A stretch of DNA of 47,570 nucleotides from Pirellulales bacterium (GTDB lineage Bacteria > Planctomycetota > Planctomycetia > Pirellulales > UBA7805). Below are positions 39,212 to 47,570 of the stretch, in pieces. The stretch spans positions 1 through 47,570 of the forward strand of contig JASMGX010000005.1 in NCBI GenBank assembly GCA_030751095.1. Reading direction: 5' to 3'. The notes under the pieces are model-generated. The model was not told the origin of the DNA. It saw nothing but the letters and a program-made list of their open reading frames with translations, and ran no database searches. The translations under genes and the position numbers were made by a program. Position 1 is the first letter of the stretch. Each line of letters starts with the position of its first letter.

Positions 39212-40579
39212 TTATCTAACGCGACCGAATGCAAACAGGCTCCCCAAGACGCGGCGGCCATAACCTTTGCGTTTGCCCGCGTCGATCAATACTGCTGCAA
39301 GAATGAGAACACCCATCACAACACCCTGCGTATAACTCTCAATATTCATCAGATTCATGCCATTGCGGATCACAGCAATCGTAAGGGCCCCGATAAGCGT
39401 ACCGAATATTTTGCCCTCGCCACCGGCAAGGCTCGTCCCGCCCACCACAACTGCAGTAATCACGTACAGTTCATACATGTTGCCATAGAGAGGCGAGCCG
39501 CTTCCAAGCCGCGAGGCCTCCATCACACCCCCGACACCCGCGAGGGCACCGGAGAGGACATAGACCAGTAACAATACGGCAAACACCGGCACCCCGGAGA
39601 GACGGGCCGCCTCCCGATTGCCGCCTACCGCATAGACCCACCGACCGAACGTCGTACGGGTCATTACGAAATGCGCGATCAGATAGAGCACGACCATCAC
39701 CACCACTTCGTTGGGAACACCGAGAGAATTCCCTGTTGCCAGCCAGGAAAAATCTTCCGGCACCTGATAAATCGACTGACCGCGCGAAAGAATCTGGGCC
39801 AAGCCGCGGGCAATCGACATCGTTGCAAGGGTGACGATAAATGGCGGCATGCCAAACGCCGTCACCATCACTCCGGACAGCAGTCCCACCAGTCCGCAGA
39901 GGGCGACCGCCGCGGCCGCACCGGCGAGCATGCCGCCCGGCCCCGCGCTTGCGCCTCCGAAACAATCCCGGATCACGAGCGCGGCGCTCACGGCCGAGAG
40001 CGCGACGAGACTTCCGACCGAGAGGTCGATCCCAGCGGTGATGATCACCAGCGTCATCCCGATGGCAATAATTGCAAACACGGCCGATTGCCCGGCAACA
40101 TTTTTCAAATTGCCCGCTTTGAGAAAATCGGGAAAGAGGTAGCTTTTCGGCTTTATGACCGCGACGCGGGAGAATGCCGGATATTTGTCAGCCGCACCGC
40201 TCACCACCGACCATTTCGAAATCGTCTCGGTACATGCAATTGCCGAGAGAGGCGCTTCTGCGACAGCCAATGCTTCCAGGTTCTCTCGGACCTGCGAGGG
40301 GTTGCTGCCGGTCGATTCGAGGACCGTCACGCCGGATGCCTCCAGACGACGTGCAAGTGCGTTGGCAAAGGCGATATCCTCGCGCGACTTGCCGGCCACA
40401 ATCAGCACAGACGCCTTTGTCCCCTGTTGGGCAATAATCTCATTCGCCACCTCCTCCGCCGCCTCACTTCCGGACGGATGCTGCGCATCGATGGTCATCA
40501 GGCTAAAGAAAAGGCAGAGGAGCAGCAGCACAAAAAACATGCTGTAATCGGCGGCAAATCGCGAAAGCGTCTGTTTCAT
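39212..40579 (-). CDS. Ribose/monosaccharide ABC permease (RbsC-like) with an inserted periplasmic domain
   Basis: GMTLVIITAGIDLSVGS, PPFIVTLA, FGRWVYAVGGNREAARLSG, YELYVITAVVVGGTSLAGGEG; about 115 aa soluble insertion after TM1. Confidence 0.92.
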   Translation of the reverse strand: MKQTLSRFAADYSMFFVLLLLCLFFSLMTIDAQHPSGSEAAEEVANEIIAQQGTKASVLIVAGKSREDIAFANALARRLEASGVTVLESTGSNPSQVRENLEALAVAEAPLSAIACTETISKWSVVSGAADKYPAFSRVAVIKPKSYLFPDFLKAGNLKNVAGQSAVFAIIAIGMTLVIITAGIDLSVGSLVALSAVSAALVIRDCFGGASAGPGGMLAGAAAAVALCGLVGLLSGVMVTAFGMPPFIVTLATMSIARGLAQILSRGQSIYQVPEDFSWLATGNSLGVPNEVVVMVVLYLIAHFVMTRTTFGRWVYAVGGNREAARLSGVPVFAVLLLVYVLSGALAGVGGVMEASRLGSGSPLYGNMYELYVITAVVVGGTSLAGGEGKIFGTLIGALTIAVIRNGMNLMNIESYTQGVVMGVLILAAVLIDAGKRKGYGRRVLGSLFAFGRVR

Positions 40580-42096
40580 GGTGCCACAGCTCCTGTCTCT
40601 TCGCGAAACGCCAACTGCATGATCTCTTCTTCCGATGCGTTTTCAACATCTGCAAGGGTACCGACTATGCCCCCGCCGCGCATCACCAACACGCGGTTGG
40701 CGATCCCGAGCACTTCGGGAAGCTCTGAGGAGATCATGATAATCACCTTACCCGCCTTCGCGAGGGCGCACATCAATTCATATATCTGATAGCGGGCACC
40801 CACATCAATGCCTCGGGTCGGCTCGTCAAAAATAATCACTTCACAGTGCCGCTCGAGCCACTTGGCGAGAATCAACTTTTGCTGGTTTCCTCCCGAGAGT
40901 TGCCTCGCGGGCCGCTCACTCCCTCCGGCGGGGAGCCGGAGCTGCGCGATATGCGAAGCGAGTGCCGATTTCTCTGCCGAACGGCGGATGATTCCCCATC
41001 GGCTCCAGGCAGAAAGATTGGGGAGGCCGAAATTCTCGCGCATGCTGTGGCCGAGCACCAGCCCCTCGGCTTTACGATCCTCGGTGAGCAGACAGATTCC
41101 ATTTTCAATCGCGCCGCGCGGAGAACGATGAGAAAGCATTTTTCCATCGAGCTCGATCGTTCCCGAATCGCGCATGTCCGCTCCGAAAATCAGCCGCGCC
41201 ATTTCAGTTCGACCCGAACCGACGAGCCCGGTCACCGCAAGCACCTCACCGGCAGCGACCTCGAAATTCACATCCTGTACCGCATCGCCGCGATTCAAAT
41301 TGCAAATCTTGAGGCGGACATCGCCAATCCTGGTATTGCGCGGTGGAAATTCATTTTCGAGCGTCCGTCCGACCATCGCCTCGATCAATGCTGTCCGCGT
41401 AATATCCGAGACTCGATAATCACCGACATTCTCTCCATCGCGGAGTACCGTCACCCGGTCTGCGATCTGAAAGATCTCCTCCAGCCGATGGCTGATATAA
41501 ATAATCCCCATTCCGGCTCGCTGCAGATCTCGAATCACTGTAAAGAGCTGCTCAACTTCACGGACAGAAAGGGCTGCGGTCGGCTCATCCATCACCACGA
41601 TGCGTGCCTGCTCGCGGAGTGCACCGGCAATCTCAACCACCTGGTTTTCCGCAACCGATAGGTCCCGACAGGGTGTTTCGGGATCGATGTCTGAGCCGAG
41701 CATTGCGAGCAGTTTCCGCGTCTGCTCCACTTCTTCTCCGCGCCGCACCCATCCCCGCCGGGAGAGAAAAATATTTTCGCGGGCCGAGAGTGTCGGTACG
41801 AGGCTCAGTTCCTGATGGATCGTGGCGATCCCCGCCGCGGACGCTTCTGCCGGGCTGGAAAACGTCATCGCCGCGCCATCGACCTCGATGCTTCCGCCAT
41901 CGGCGAGCACGGCGCCGCCGAGGACTTTCATGAGCGTGCTTTTACCTGCTCCGTTTTCACCGAGTAGTCCGAGAACCTCACCGGGGCGAAGGGAAAGATT
42001 AGCCCCGGAAAGTGCCTGCACCCCGGGATAGGACTTGTCGATGCCGGTCATCGACAACAGCAACGCAGAAGCGTTTTCTCCAGCTGTGGCGTCCAT
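40576..42096 (-). CDS. Sugar ABC transporter ATP-binding protein (RbsA-like, two NBDs)
   Basis: GENGAGKSTL, MDEPT, ISHRL, GSGRTE, EDRK, LSGGNQQK, DEPTRGIDVGA. Confidence 0.95.
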   Translation of the reverse strand: MDATAGENASALLLSMTGIDKSYPGVQALSGANLSLRPGEVLGLLGENGAGKSTLMKVLGGAVLADGGSIEVDGAAMTFSSPAEASAAGIATIHQELSLVPTLSARENIFLSRRGWVRRGEEVEQTRKLLAMLGSDIDPETPCRDLSVAENQVVEIAGALREQARIVVMDEPTAALSVREVEQLFTVIRDLQRAGMGIIYISHRLEEIFQIADRVTVLRDGENVGDYRVSDITRTALIEAMVGRTLENEFPPRNTRIGDVRLKICNLNRGDAVQDVNFEVAAGEVLAVTGLVGSGRTEMARLIFGADMRDSGTIELDGKMLSHRSPRGAIENGICLLTEDRKAEGLVLGHSMRENFGLPNLSAWSRWGIIRRSAEKSALASHIAQLRLPAGGSERPARQLSGGNQQKLILAKWLERHCEVIIFDEPTRGIDVGARYQIYELMCALAKAGKVIIMISSELPEVLGIANRVLVMRGGGIVGTLADVENASEEEIMQLAFREETGAVAP

Positions 42097-42158
42097 AACC
42101 TATTGCTCCGAAAAAGCGAATCGGCGAGAAAAACCGGCGGCGAGAATCTTCGTCGCGG

Positions 42159-42290
42159 TCAAGGGCCAAACACATCCTCCAGTGCCGCACGCATCACATC
42201 GGCGCGGGGATTGAATCCGGTCCAATATTCAACACCGATCACCCCCTCTCCGACAAGCATCTTGAGCCCATCGATCACCTCGTAGCCTCG
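42159..42290 (-). pseudogene. C-terminal relic of a shikimate dehydrogenase (aroE-like)
   Basis: RGYEVIDGLKMLVGEGVIGVEYWTGFNPRADVMRAALEDVFGP* resembles the AroE C-terminus (G...DGL.ML..Q.....W.G..P....MR.AL); the rest of the gene is absent. Confidence 0.65.
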
Positions 42291-42415
42291 ACTAGAGCCT
42301 GCGTGGGATTCTCTGCGATCGGCTGGGCGAACGCGGCCGTCAGTTCCTGTTTGAAATGGAGCGTTTTGGCCATCATTGGTCCATGCATTTCGGGCGGACG
42401 GTTTCAGCGGAGAAT

Positions 42416-43393
42416 TCAATCATCGAGTTCCGAATCCGCCTTTCCATCAGCCTGACGGTAGAGCGCGGTCGGGATCAACACCTCCGCCGGCAGTTGCTCG
42501 CCATCAAAATGCCGCAAGATCATCCGAACGGTCTCGGCCGCCATGCGATCGGGAAACTGGATCGGATCGGCATAAATCTTTCCGTCGCGGATAGCCTTTT
42601 TCCCTTCGGGCTGCCCATCGAAACCGATGATCGCCACCTGCTGCTCCTTGCCGTCTTCTTTGAGGGCCGCATACGCACCGAGGGCGGATGGGTCGTTGAT
42701 GGCAAAGATTCCGACAATCTCGGGATGCGCCTGCAAAATATCTTTAGTTGCACGGTGTCCGGTTGGCCGGTTTCCACCGCTGGGAAGCTCGCTCACGATA
42801 CGTATTGTATTCTCTGCCGTTTTGTTGTGGTCATCGAGAACCTTCTTAAAACCTTCCACGCGGCGCAGGCACGACTCGGTAACTTTGTGGTCGAGTACTG
42901 CAATGTCTCCGCCGGCTCCATCGAGCGCTTCGATCATCGCGTGCGCTGCCTGCTCGCCGCCGGTTAAATTATCGGTTGCAACGTGCGAGACGACCTGGCA
43001 GTCATCGGCGAGACAGGCGTTATCGACCGTGAACACCGGAATACCTGCCGCGCTCGCTTCGCTGATTGCCGGACCGATCGCCCGCGAATCGTACGGCGCA
43101 AGCACGATAGCCGCGACACCATTGACGATAAAGTCTTTGACCTGATCGGTCTGTTTGGCCGCATCTTCATCCGCCCCGAGGACGACGACATCGTACCCCG
43201 CCTTGCCCCCTTCGATTTCAATCGTATCGCCAATCACCTTGAAAAACGGGTTGGTGAGCGTCATCAGCGAAACGCCAATCGTTCCTTTCGAATCTTTTCC
43301 GGTCTCGGCCTCCTCGGTGCGGTCCGATTGCCGGGAACAGCTCGCCGAAGCACAGAGCAGCATCACAAGCCCGCATCGCAATAGATGTGTCAT
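42416..43393 (-). CDS. Sugar ABC substrate-binding lipoprotein (RbsB-like)
   Basis: Lipobox CASASC, IGVSLMTLTNPFF, AGIPVFTVD, ATDNLTGG, FAINDPSALGA, IIGFDG; RBS GAGGGA. Confidence 0.93.
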   Translation of the reverse strand: MTHLLRCGLVMLLCASASCSRQSDRTEEAETGKDSKGTIGVSLMTLTNPFFKVIGDTIEIEGGKAGYDVVVLGADEDAAKQTDQVKDFIVNGVAAIVLAPYDSRAIGPAISEASAAGIPVFTVDNACLADDCQVVSHVATDNLTGGEQAAHAMIEALDGAGGDIAVLDHKVTESCLRRVEGFKKVLDDHNKTAENTIRIVSELPSGGNRPTGHRATKDILQAHPEIVGIFAINDPSALGAYAALKEDGKEQQVAIIGFDGQPEGKKAIRDGKIYADPIQFPDRMAAETVRMILRHFDGEQLPAEVLIPTALYRQADGKADSELDD

Positions 43394-43553
43394 CACTATT
43401 CCCTCGCAATCTTTGTGCATTTCCACCGCGAACTACGCTGCGCGGCTCTCTTCGGCCGCGAGCATTATGCCAGATCGGCGCGAGCGAAGCGACAGCCCAA
43501 GCGATCTCTACCGGCCTGCATTTCGGATGGCCGCAGCGTGGGACGCCCCTTTT

Positions 43554-44216
43554 TTAGAGTGGCTTCAGCTGCAAGTTCCGCCACGCGACCTCATACGGCC
43601 CGGTGCCCCGACCGATCCCATGTACCTGCAGGCCGATAAAACCTTCACCGTGAGTCGTAAACGCCTGCTCGTCGGTAAAGTCCTCGATCGGCTCCCCGTT
43701 AATCCATGTTTGGATCCGCGGGCCGCGGGCAACCACGCGATAGTGATTCCACCCGTCATCTTTGAATGCCGTATGCGGCTTGCGGTGATCCTCGGGCGAG
43801 AGCCATCCGCGTCCGGTCGCCTCGCCGTAGACATACCCTCCCAAGCCACCGGCGGCAGAGGATGCGATTTCGACCTGTGGCCCATAGACCCGCTTCTCGG
43901 CATTGTCCTTCTCTTTGGATCGAATCTGCACACCGGAGTTCAATCGCGGATCGCACTTCACATCGAAGCTGAGTTCAAAATCTCCATACGGCTTTGTGGT
44001 GCAGAGAAACGAGTTCGGGCTACCCTCCGACGTCTTTCCGACGATGGTGCCATTTTCGACGCGGTAGGTGGCGGTACCATTTTTCTGGACCCAGCCGGCG
44101 AGTGTTTTTCCGTCAAACAGCGGCTTGCTTTCTTTATCGGCCGCCCCCGTACTTCCTCCGAGGCATACCAGCATACCCAACGTGAGAACCATCACCGCAA
44201 TACGCGTGTTGTACAT
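43554..44216 (-). CDS. DUF1080 (3-keto-disaccharide hydrolase-like) secreted protein
   Basis: Signal peptide, LFDGKTLAGW, NSGVQIRS, YGPQVEI, WNHYRV, GFIGLQVH, WRNL; RBS AAGGA. Confidence 0.92.
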   Translation of the reverse strand: MYNTRIAVMVLTLGMLVCLGGSTGAADKESKPLFDGKTLAGWVQKNGTATYRVENGTIVGKTSEGSPNSFLCTTKPYGDFELSFDVKCDPRLNSGVQIRSKEKDNAEKRVYGPQVEIASSAAGGLGGYVYGEATGRGWLSPEDHRKPHTAFKDDGWNHYRVVARGPRIQTWINGEPIEDFTDEQAFTTHGEGFIGLQVHGIGRGTGPYEVAWRNLQLKPL

Positions 44217-44268
44217 CGATACCATCCTTATAAGACGTGTTAAGAGAAGAGGCCGCTTTCCGGACAAT

Positions 44269-44892
44269 CTACGGCTTCCAGTTTCGCAACTGCATATGCA
44301 CATCCGCAACGTCGTGCATGTACACATCGTCCAGTTTTTCCGCCGCCGCTTGACGCATATGTTTTTCCGCATTCGCCGCGTCACCGGCGACTTCGTAGTA
44401 TAGCCCCAAATAGAGGTGGGCGTACATTGCCGAGAGCGGCGTCTTGGCGGTATCGGCGGCAGCGAGCACCCGTTCGGGCGCACCATCGCCAGAAAACAGG
44501 GCATAGAGTTCGGCCATCGGCACCCGAGAATCCCGCTTGGTATCGATCTGAATCATTTTTTGTCGCGCAACATCCATTCCATCGGCCCGCGCAACGCAGA
44601 GGAAATGCCAGAGGGCATTTTCAACATCATGGGGGTTGACCGTTTTGTGAACTTCAAACTGTCTCTTTCCCTCCTGGAACTGCCCCGAATAATATTGGCA
44701 AATCCCCCGCTGCCAGAGATACGGTTCGATCCGGGGATCTTTGGCAATCGCCTCGGCAAATGCCTCAAGCGAACCCGTAAGGTTCGCTTCCCAAAATCGC
44801 GCAATGCCCCGCTGCACACAACTATTGGCATCGTCGGTAATCGTGGCCATAGCAAAGAGACTCAATGTACAGACAGAAAACAAAGTGTTCAT
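44269..44892 (-). CDS. TPR-repeat (NlpI-like) protein
   Basis: PYLWQRGICQYY...QFEVHKTVNPHDVENALWHFLC, DSRVPM, YAHLYLGLYYE; alternative TTG start at 44919. Confidence 0.85.
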   Translation of the reverse strand: MNTLFSVCTLSLFAMATITDDANSCVQRGIARFWEANLTGSLEAFAEAIAKDPRIEPYLWQRGICQYYSGQFQEGKRQFEVHKTVNPHDVENALWHFLCVARADGMDVARQKMIQIDTKRDSRVPMAELYALFSGDGAPERVLAAADTAKTPLSAMYAHLYLGLYYEVAGDAANAEKHMRQAAAEKLDDVYMHDVADVHMQLRNWKP

Positions 44893-44960
44893 CACGAACA
44901 GATTAACGCTTCGCAGCAACGACGGTCAACGGACGCTCGCGGGCAAAGCGATGCTGAACT

Positions 44961-45881
44961 CTAATCCGTATGCGAAGAATTCGCATTAAAATAGAGACGC
45001 AAATTAGGATGCGGGGTATAGAGACGAAACGCATCCCCATCGTGCACGAGTTGGCCACTGGAGTAGTCGCCGGTGAGAATAGGATTTTGTCCGTATTTTT
45101 CCCAGTGGATCAGATCATCAGAGACCGCCAGGCACATCCGCCAATCGCCGCGCCATTTGGGATCGGCATTGGCATGGTAGAGGGCGTAATAGCGGCCATC
45201 GATTTTAATCACCTGATTGAGCGCGATCGCATATTTGTCATAGGCGTTCGGCCCGAGGCGCAAAACCGGTTCGTCCTGCACATTAGTCCAGATCTTTTTG
45301 TCGCGGCTTTTGGCCAGCCAGACGCCCCGATCCCCACGTTCGTAAAACAGGTACCAGACGCCATCCTCCACAAAAAGTGTCGGGGTGCCGTAGGGACCGG
45401 GCGAGATCGGTGTGCCGTCGGCGTTGCGGACATCGAGTTTCTGATAGTCCTTCCAGTGCACTCCATCCTTCGAGGTGAGCATATGCGCAACATCGCCGCG
45501 GCCCTCGGCGACCATCGTATAGACTCCATCGTGTTTGAGCACATGCATGTCCTCAACCCACTTGTCTGCAAGCAGGGGCCTGTCGCTATGGCGGGTCCAT
45601 GTAATCCCGTCGTCGCTGGTGGCATAGCCGAGCAAATGCAGATCGCTCCGCCCAAGGTTGTACCCGGTGTACCAGAAGTGCCAGGTATCGCCGTCTCGCA
45701 AAATAAAGCCGCGCTCTCGAATCTTGCGATCCCAGCTCTCCCCACCCGTTCCCTTAAAGAGAGGGTTCTGCTCGCTCGCTCGCCATCGCACCAGGGCAGG
45801 GGGGAAGGGCTCGCCGGCACTCGCCGCAACGGCAACAAAGAGGAGCAGGTAAAGGATGGACAATTTTGCTTTTGACATCAT
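44961..45881 (-). CDS. Secreted five-bladed beta-propeller glycoside hydrolase-like protein (GH32/43/130 clan)
   Basis: Signal peptide; repeated blades NPLF..G..WD, GYATSDDGITW, TSKDGVHW, LAKSRD..W, AVSDDLIHWEKY..NPIL. Confidence 0.85.
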   Translation of the reverse strand: MMSKAKLSILYLLLFVAVAASAGEPFPPALVRWRASEQNPLFKGTGGESWDRKIRERGFILRDGDTWHFWYTGYNLGRSDLHLLGYATSDDGITWTRHSDRPLLADKWVEDMHVLKHDGVYTMVAEGRGDVAHMLTSKDGVHWKDYQKLDVRNADGTPISPGPYGTPTLFVEDGVWYLFYERGDRGVWLAKSRDKKIWTNVQDEPVLRLGPNAYDKYAIALNQVIKIDGRYYALYHANADPKWRGDWRMCLAVSDDLIHWEKYGQNPILTGDYSSGQLVHDGDAFRLYTPHPNLRLYFNANSSHTD

Positions 45882-46167
45882 GGTTTGAAGCGGTGAGGCG
45901 TGACAATGTTTTTGGTTTTTGCGGAGCGATTATAGCACGGCCTGCTCTTTGGCGGCCGCACGAGCGTTCTTTCGGCCAAATCCGATCTTTACGGTTGCCG
46001 GTAGGCGGGAATATTGAACCGCTCTGGTGATTTTACTACAGCACGGATGCAAAACCCATTGCAACAAGGACTTAAATAGGTCATCATGGCTCGACTGGTA
46101 CTTGGGGAGGTGCCGCACCCCACTCGGTGATGCGGCGGCACGACATGCGACCGAGCAAGGGAAGCTT

Positions 46168-47570
46168 ATGGCGAAAGTACCCTTTTGGTTTCGATCACTC
46201 ATCCGCCCGGGCCGCCTTCGTCGCAGCGCGCCGCGCGGAGCGAGCAACGTGTCAGCCGGCAGAGGCAGCGTGCGGCCTCTTAGCGCCGAAACTCTCGAAC
46301 AGCGCCATCTACTCAGTGGCGTCACGCTCATCACCCACGGCCATACCGGCGATACCGCCGAAGGTGGTTGGATTCGTGAAATGGGCGCCGCAATGATGCA
46401 ACGGGCAGCGGACGCAACACCCGCAACGCCCGCCTACACGGAAATCCAACTCACCGTTGGCAGTTCCGATGGACTCACGCTTGAGGTAACGACCGCCGAA
46501 GTCCTTTCAGGCAGTACGACCGCTCTCGATGATCTCACACACAGTGGCGAGATCGTTGTCTACCTCGATTGGAACGCCGCCCAGTCTCTTATCTCTGCCG
46601 CCGATCCCTACAACACCGTCTTTGTCTCCGCGGCAGTGGTCCCCTACTTAACCGGCGAGGAGTCGATCACCGGACTCGACACCCCACTCACAGAGCAACC
46701 GATGCACCTGCTCGGCCATAGCCGTGGTGGCTCACTTGTCGGTGTACTTGCGGAAGACCTGGGCAGCGAAGGTGTTTTTGTCGATCAGGTCTCGTACTTC
46801 GACCCGCACCCGCTCGAACCGGGTGATTATCCGGTCTGGGAGAGCACCGTCCCGCAAAATGTCCTGTTCGCCGATTCAATCTGGCGAACCGATGGCATCT
46901 TCGGCGAAATTGGCGATTTCGACGGTGCACATATCGCAGGCTCCTACGACGGAGAGCTTTCGGAAGAACTGCTTGGCGGAAACGAAGTCCTTACCAATGT
47001 CGGCTACTTCCATGAACATCTAGATGTGCACCTCTGGTACCACGGCACAATCCCGAGTTCGGAAACCCCGGTCCCCAACGATGGCACCGTGGATGTTCCG
47101 CTTGAGTGGTACGGAGGCACTGAGCCGGAGCGACTCGACTCCGGTTTCGCCTTTAGCCGGATTGCCGGTGGCGAGCGACCGGCGGAAGGTTTGCTCGATG
47201 TCGACGACTGGTCGGCAAACCGGGCCGCAATTGATTTCTCAAACGCAACGTGGCCCAGCCTTTTTAATCTCGCAAACAGTGGTGGTAGTTTTGAAGTCGG
47301 CGAATCTATTCCGATCGATTTTGACTATCACGACAACGACAGCGACGGCGTGGCCAGTTTCTTTTTGGACACCGACCAGAACCCTTATAACACGGGCGCG
47401 ATCCAGATTGGCGGAGGCACGCTACTCACAACGGGAGGGGCAACTGGCAGTGGCACAGAGTCTCTCAATACGGCAGCCGCATCGGCAGGCACCTATTTTC
47501 TCTCCGGAAGGATGCAAGATGCCGCGGGCCGTACCCGCTATGCCTATGCCCCGACCGCAATCGAGCTGAC
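46168..47570 (+). CDS. Large exported protein with a Planc_extracel (LEPR-XLL) motif and alpha/beta-hydrolase domain; truncated by window edge
   Basis: Absent from the ORF track; open from ATG 46168 to the end: MAKVPFWFRSLIRPGRLRR...AETLEQRHLLSGVTLITHG...MHLLGHSRGGSLV...QVSYFDPHP...HLDVHLWYHGT, then a beta-rich domain. Confidence 0.85.
   Translation, partial: MAKVPFWFRSLIRPGRLRRSAPRGASNVSAGRGSVRPLSAETLEQRHLLSGVTLITHGHTGDTAEGGWIREMGAAMMQRAADATPATPAYTEIQLTVGSSDGLTLEVTTAEVLSGSTTALDDLTHSGEIVVYLDWNAAQSLISAADPYNTVFVSAAVVPYLTGEESITGLDTPLTEQPMHLLGHSRGGSLVGVLAEDLGSEGVFVDQVSYFDPHPLEPGDYPVWESTVPQNVLFADSIWRTDGIFGEIGDFDGAHIAGSYDGELSEELLGGNEVLTNVGYFHEHLDVHLWYHGTIPSSETPVPNDGTVDVPLEWYGGTEPERLDSGFAFSRIAGGERPAEGLLDVDDWSANRAAIDFSNATWPSLFNLANSGGSFEVGESIPIDFDYHDNDSDGVASFFLDTDQNPYNTGAIQIGGGTLLTTGGATGSGTESLNTAAASAGTYFLSGRMQDAAGRTRYAYAPTAIEL

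Noticed and set aside
47024-47569. 181-aa plus-strand ORF in the track
   Set aside because: Out-of-frame overlap with the real ORF starting at 46168.

Overview
GC-rich bacterial chromosomal DNA, almost certainly from a Planctomycetota genome. Lineage hallmarks are a DUF1501-PPC-DUF1549/DUF1553-cytochrome c/WD40 cluster, a PVC-type CxxCH dehydrogenase, three DUF1080 proteins, a DWG-type Ser/Thr kinase and a Planc_extracel 'LEQRHLL' N-terminus. It holds about 37 CDSs; two edge-truncated ones are missing from the ORF track (DUF5690 at the left edge, a secreted alpha/beta-hydrolase at the right). I found no rRNA, tRNA, CRISPR, transposase or integrase. The most unusual part is a molybdenum/sulfur neighbourhood at 15.8-28.4 kb. 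It has a cupin, a PEP_hydrolase TIM barrel, a GG-ending sulfur carrier, a HesA-like non-canonical E1 and an atypical ModABC (tandem ModA with a Cys-lined second domain; ModB with a large inserted periplasmic domain). About 3 kb downstream, a sulfite-oxidase-family/pentapeptide-repeat fusion is translationally coupled to an enlarged Cys/Met PLP enzyme. Also notable are a sigma54/NtrC-type glnII with a long structured leader, and gene relics (aroE C-terminus, signal-peptide mini-ORF) in a sugar ABC operon. All calls come from motif recognition by eye; no searches were run.
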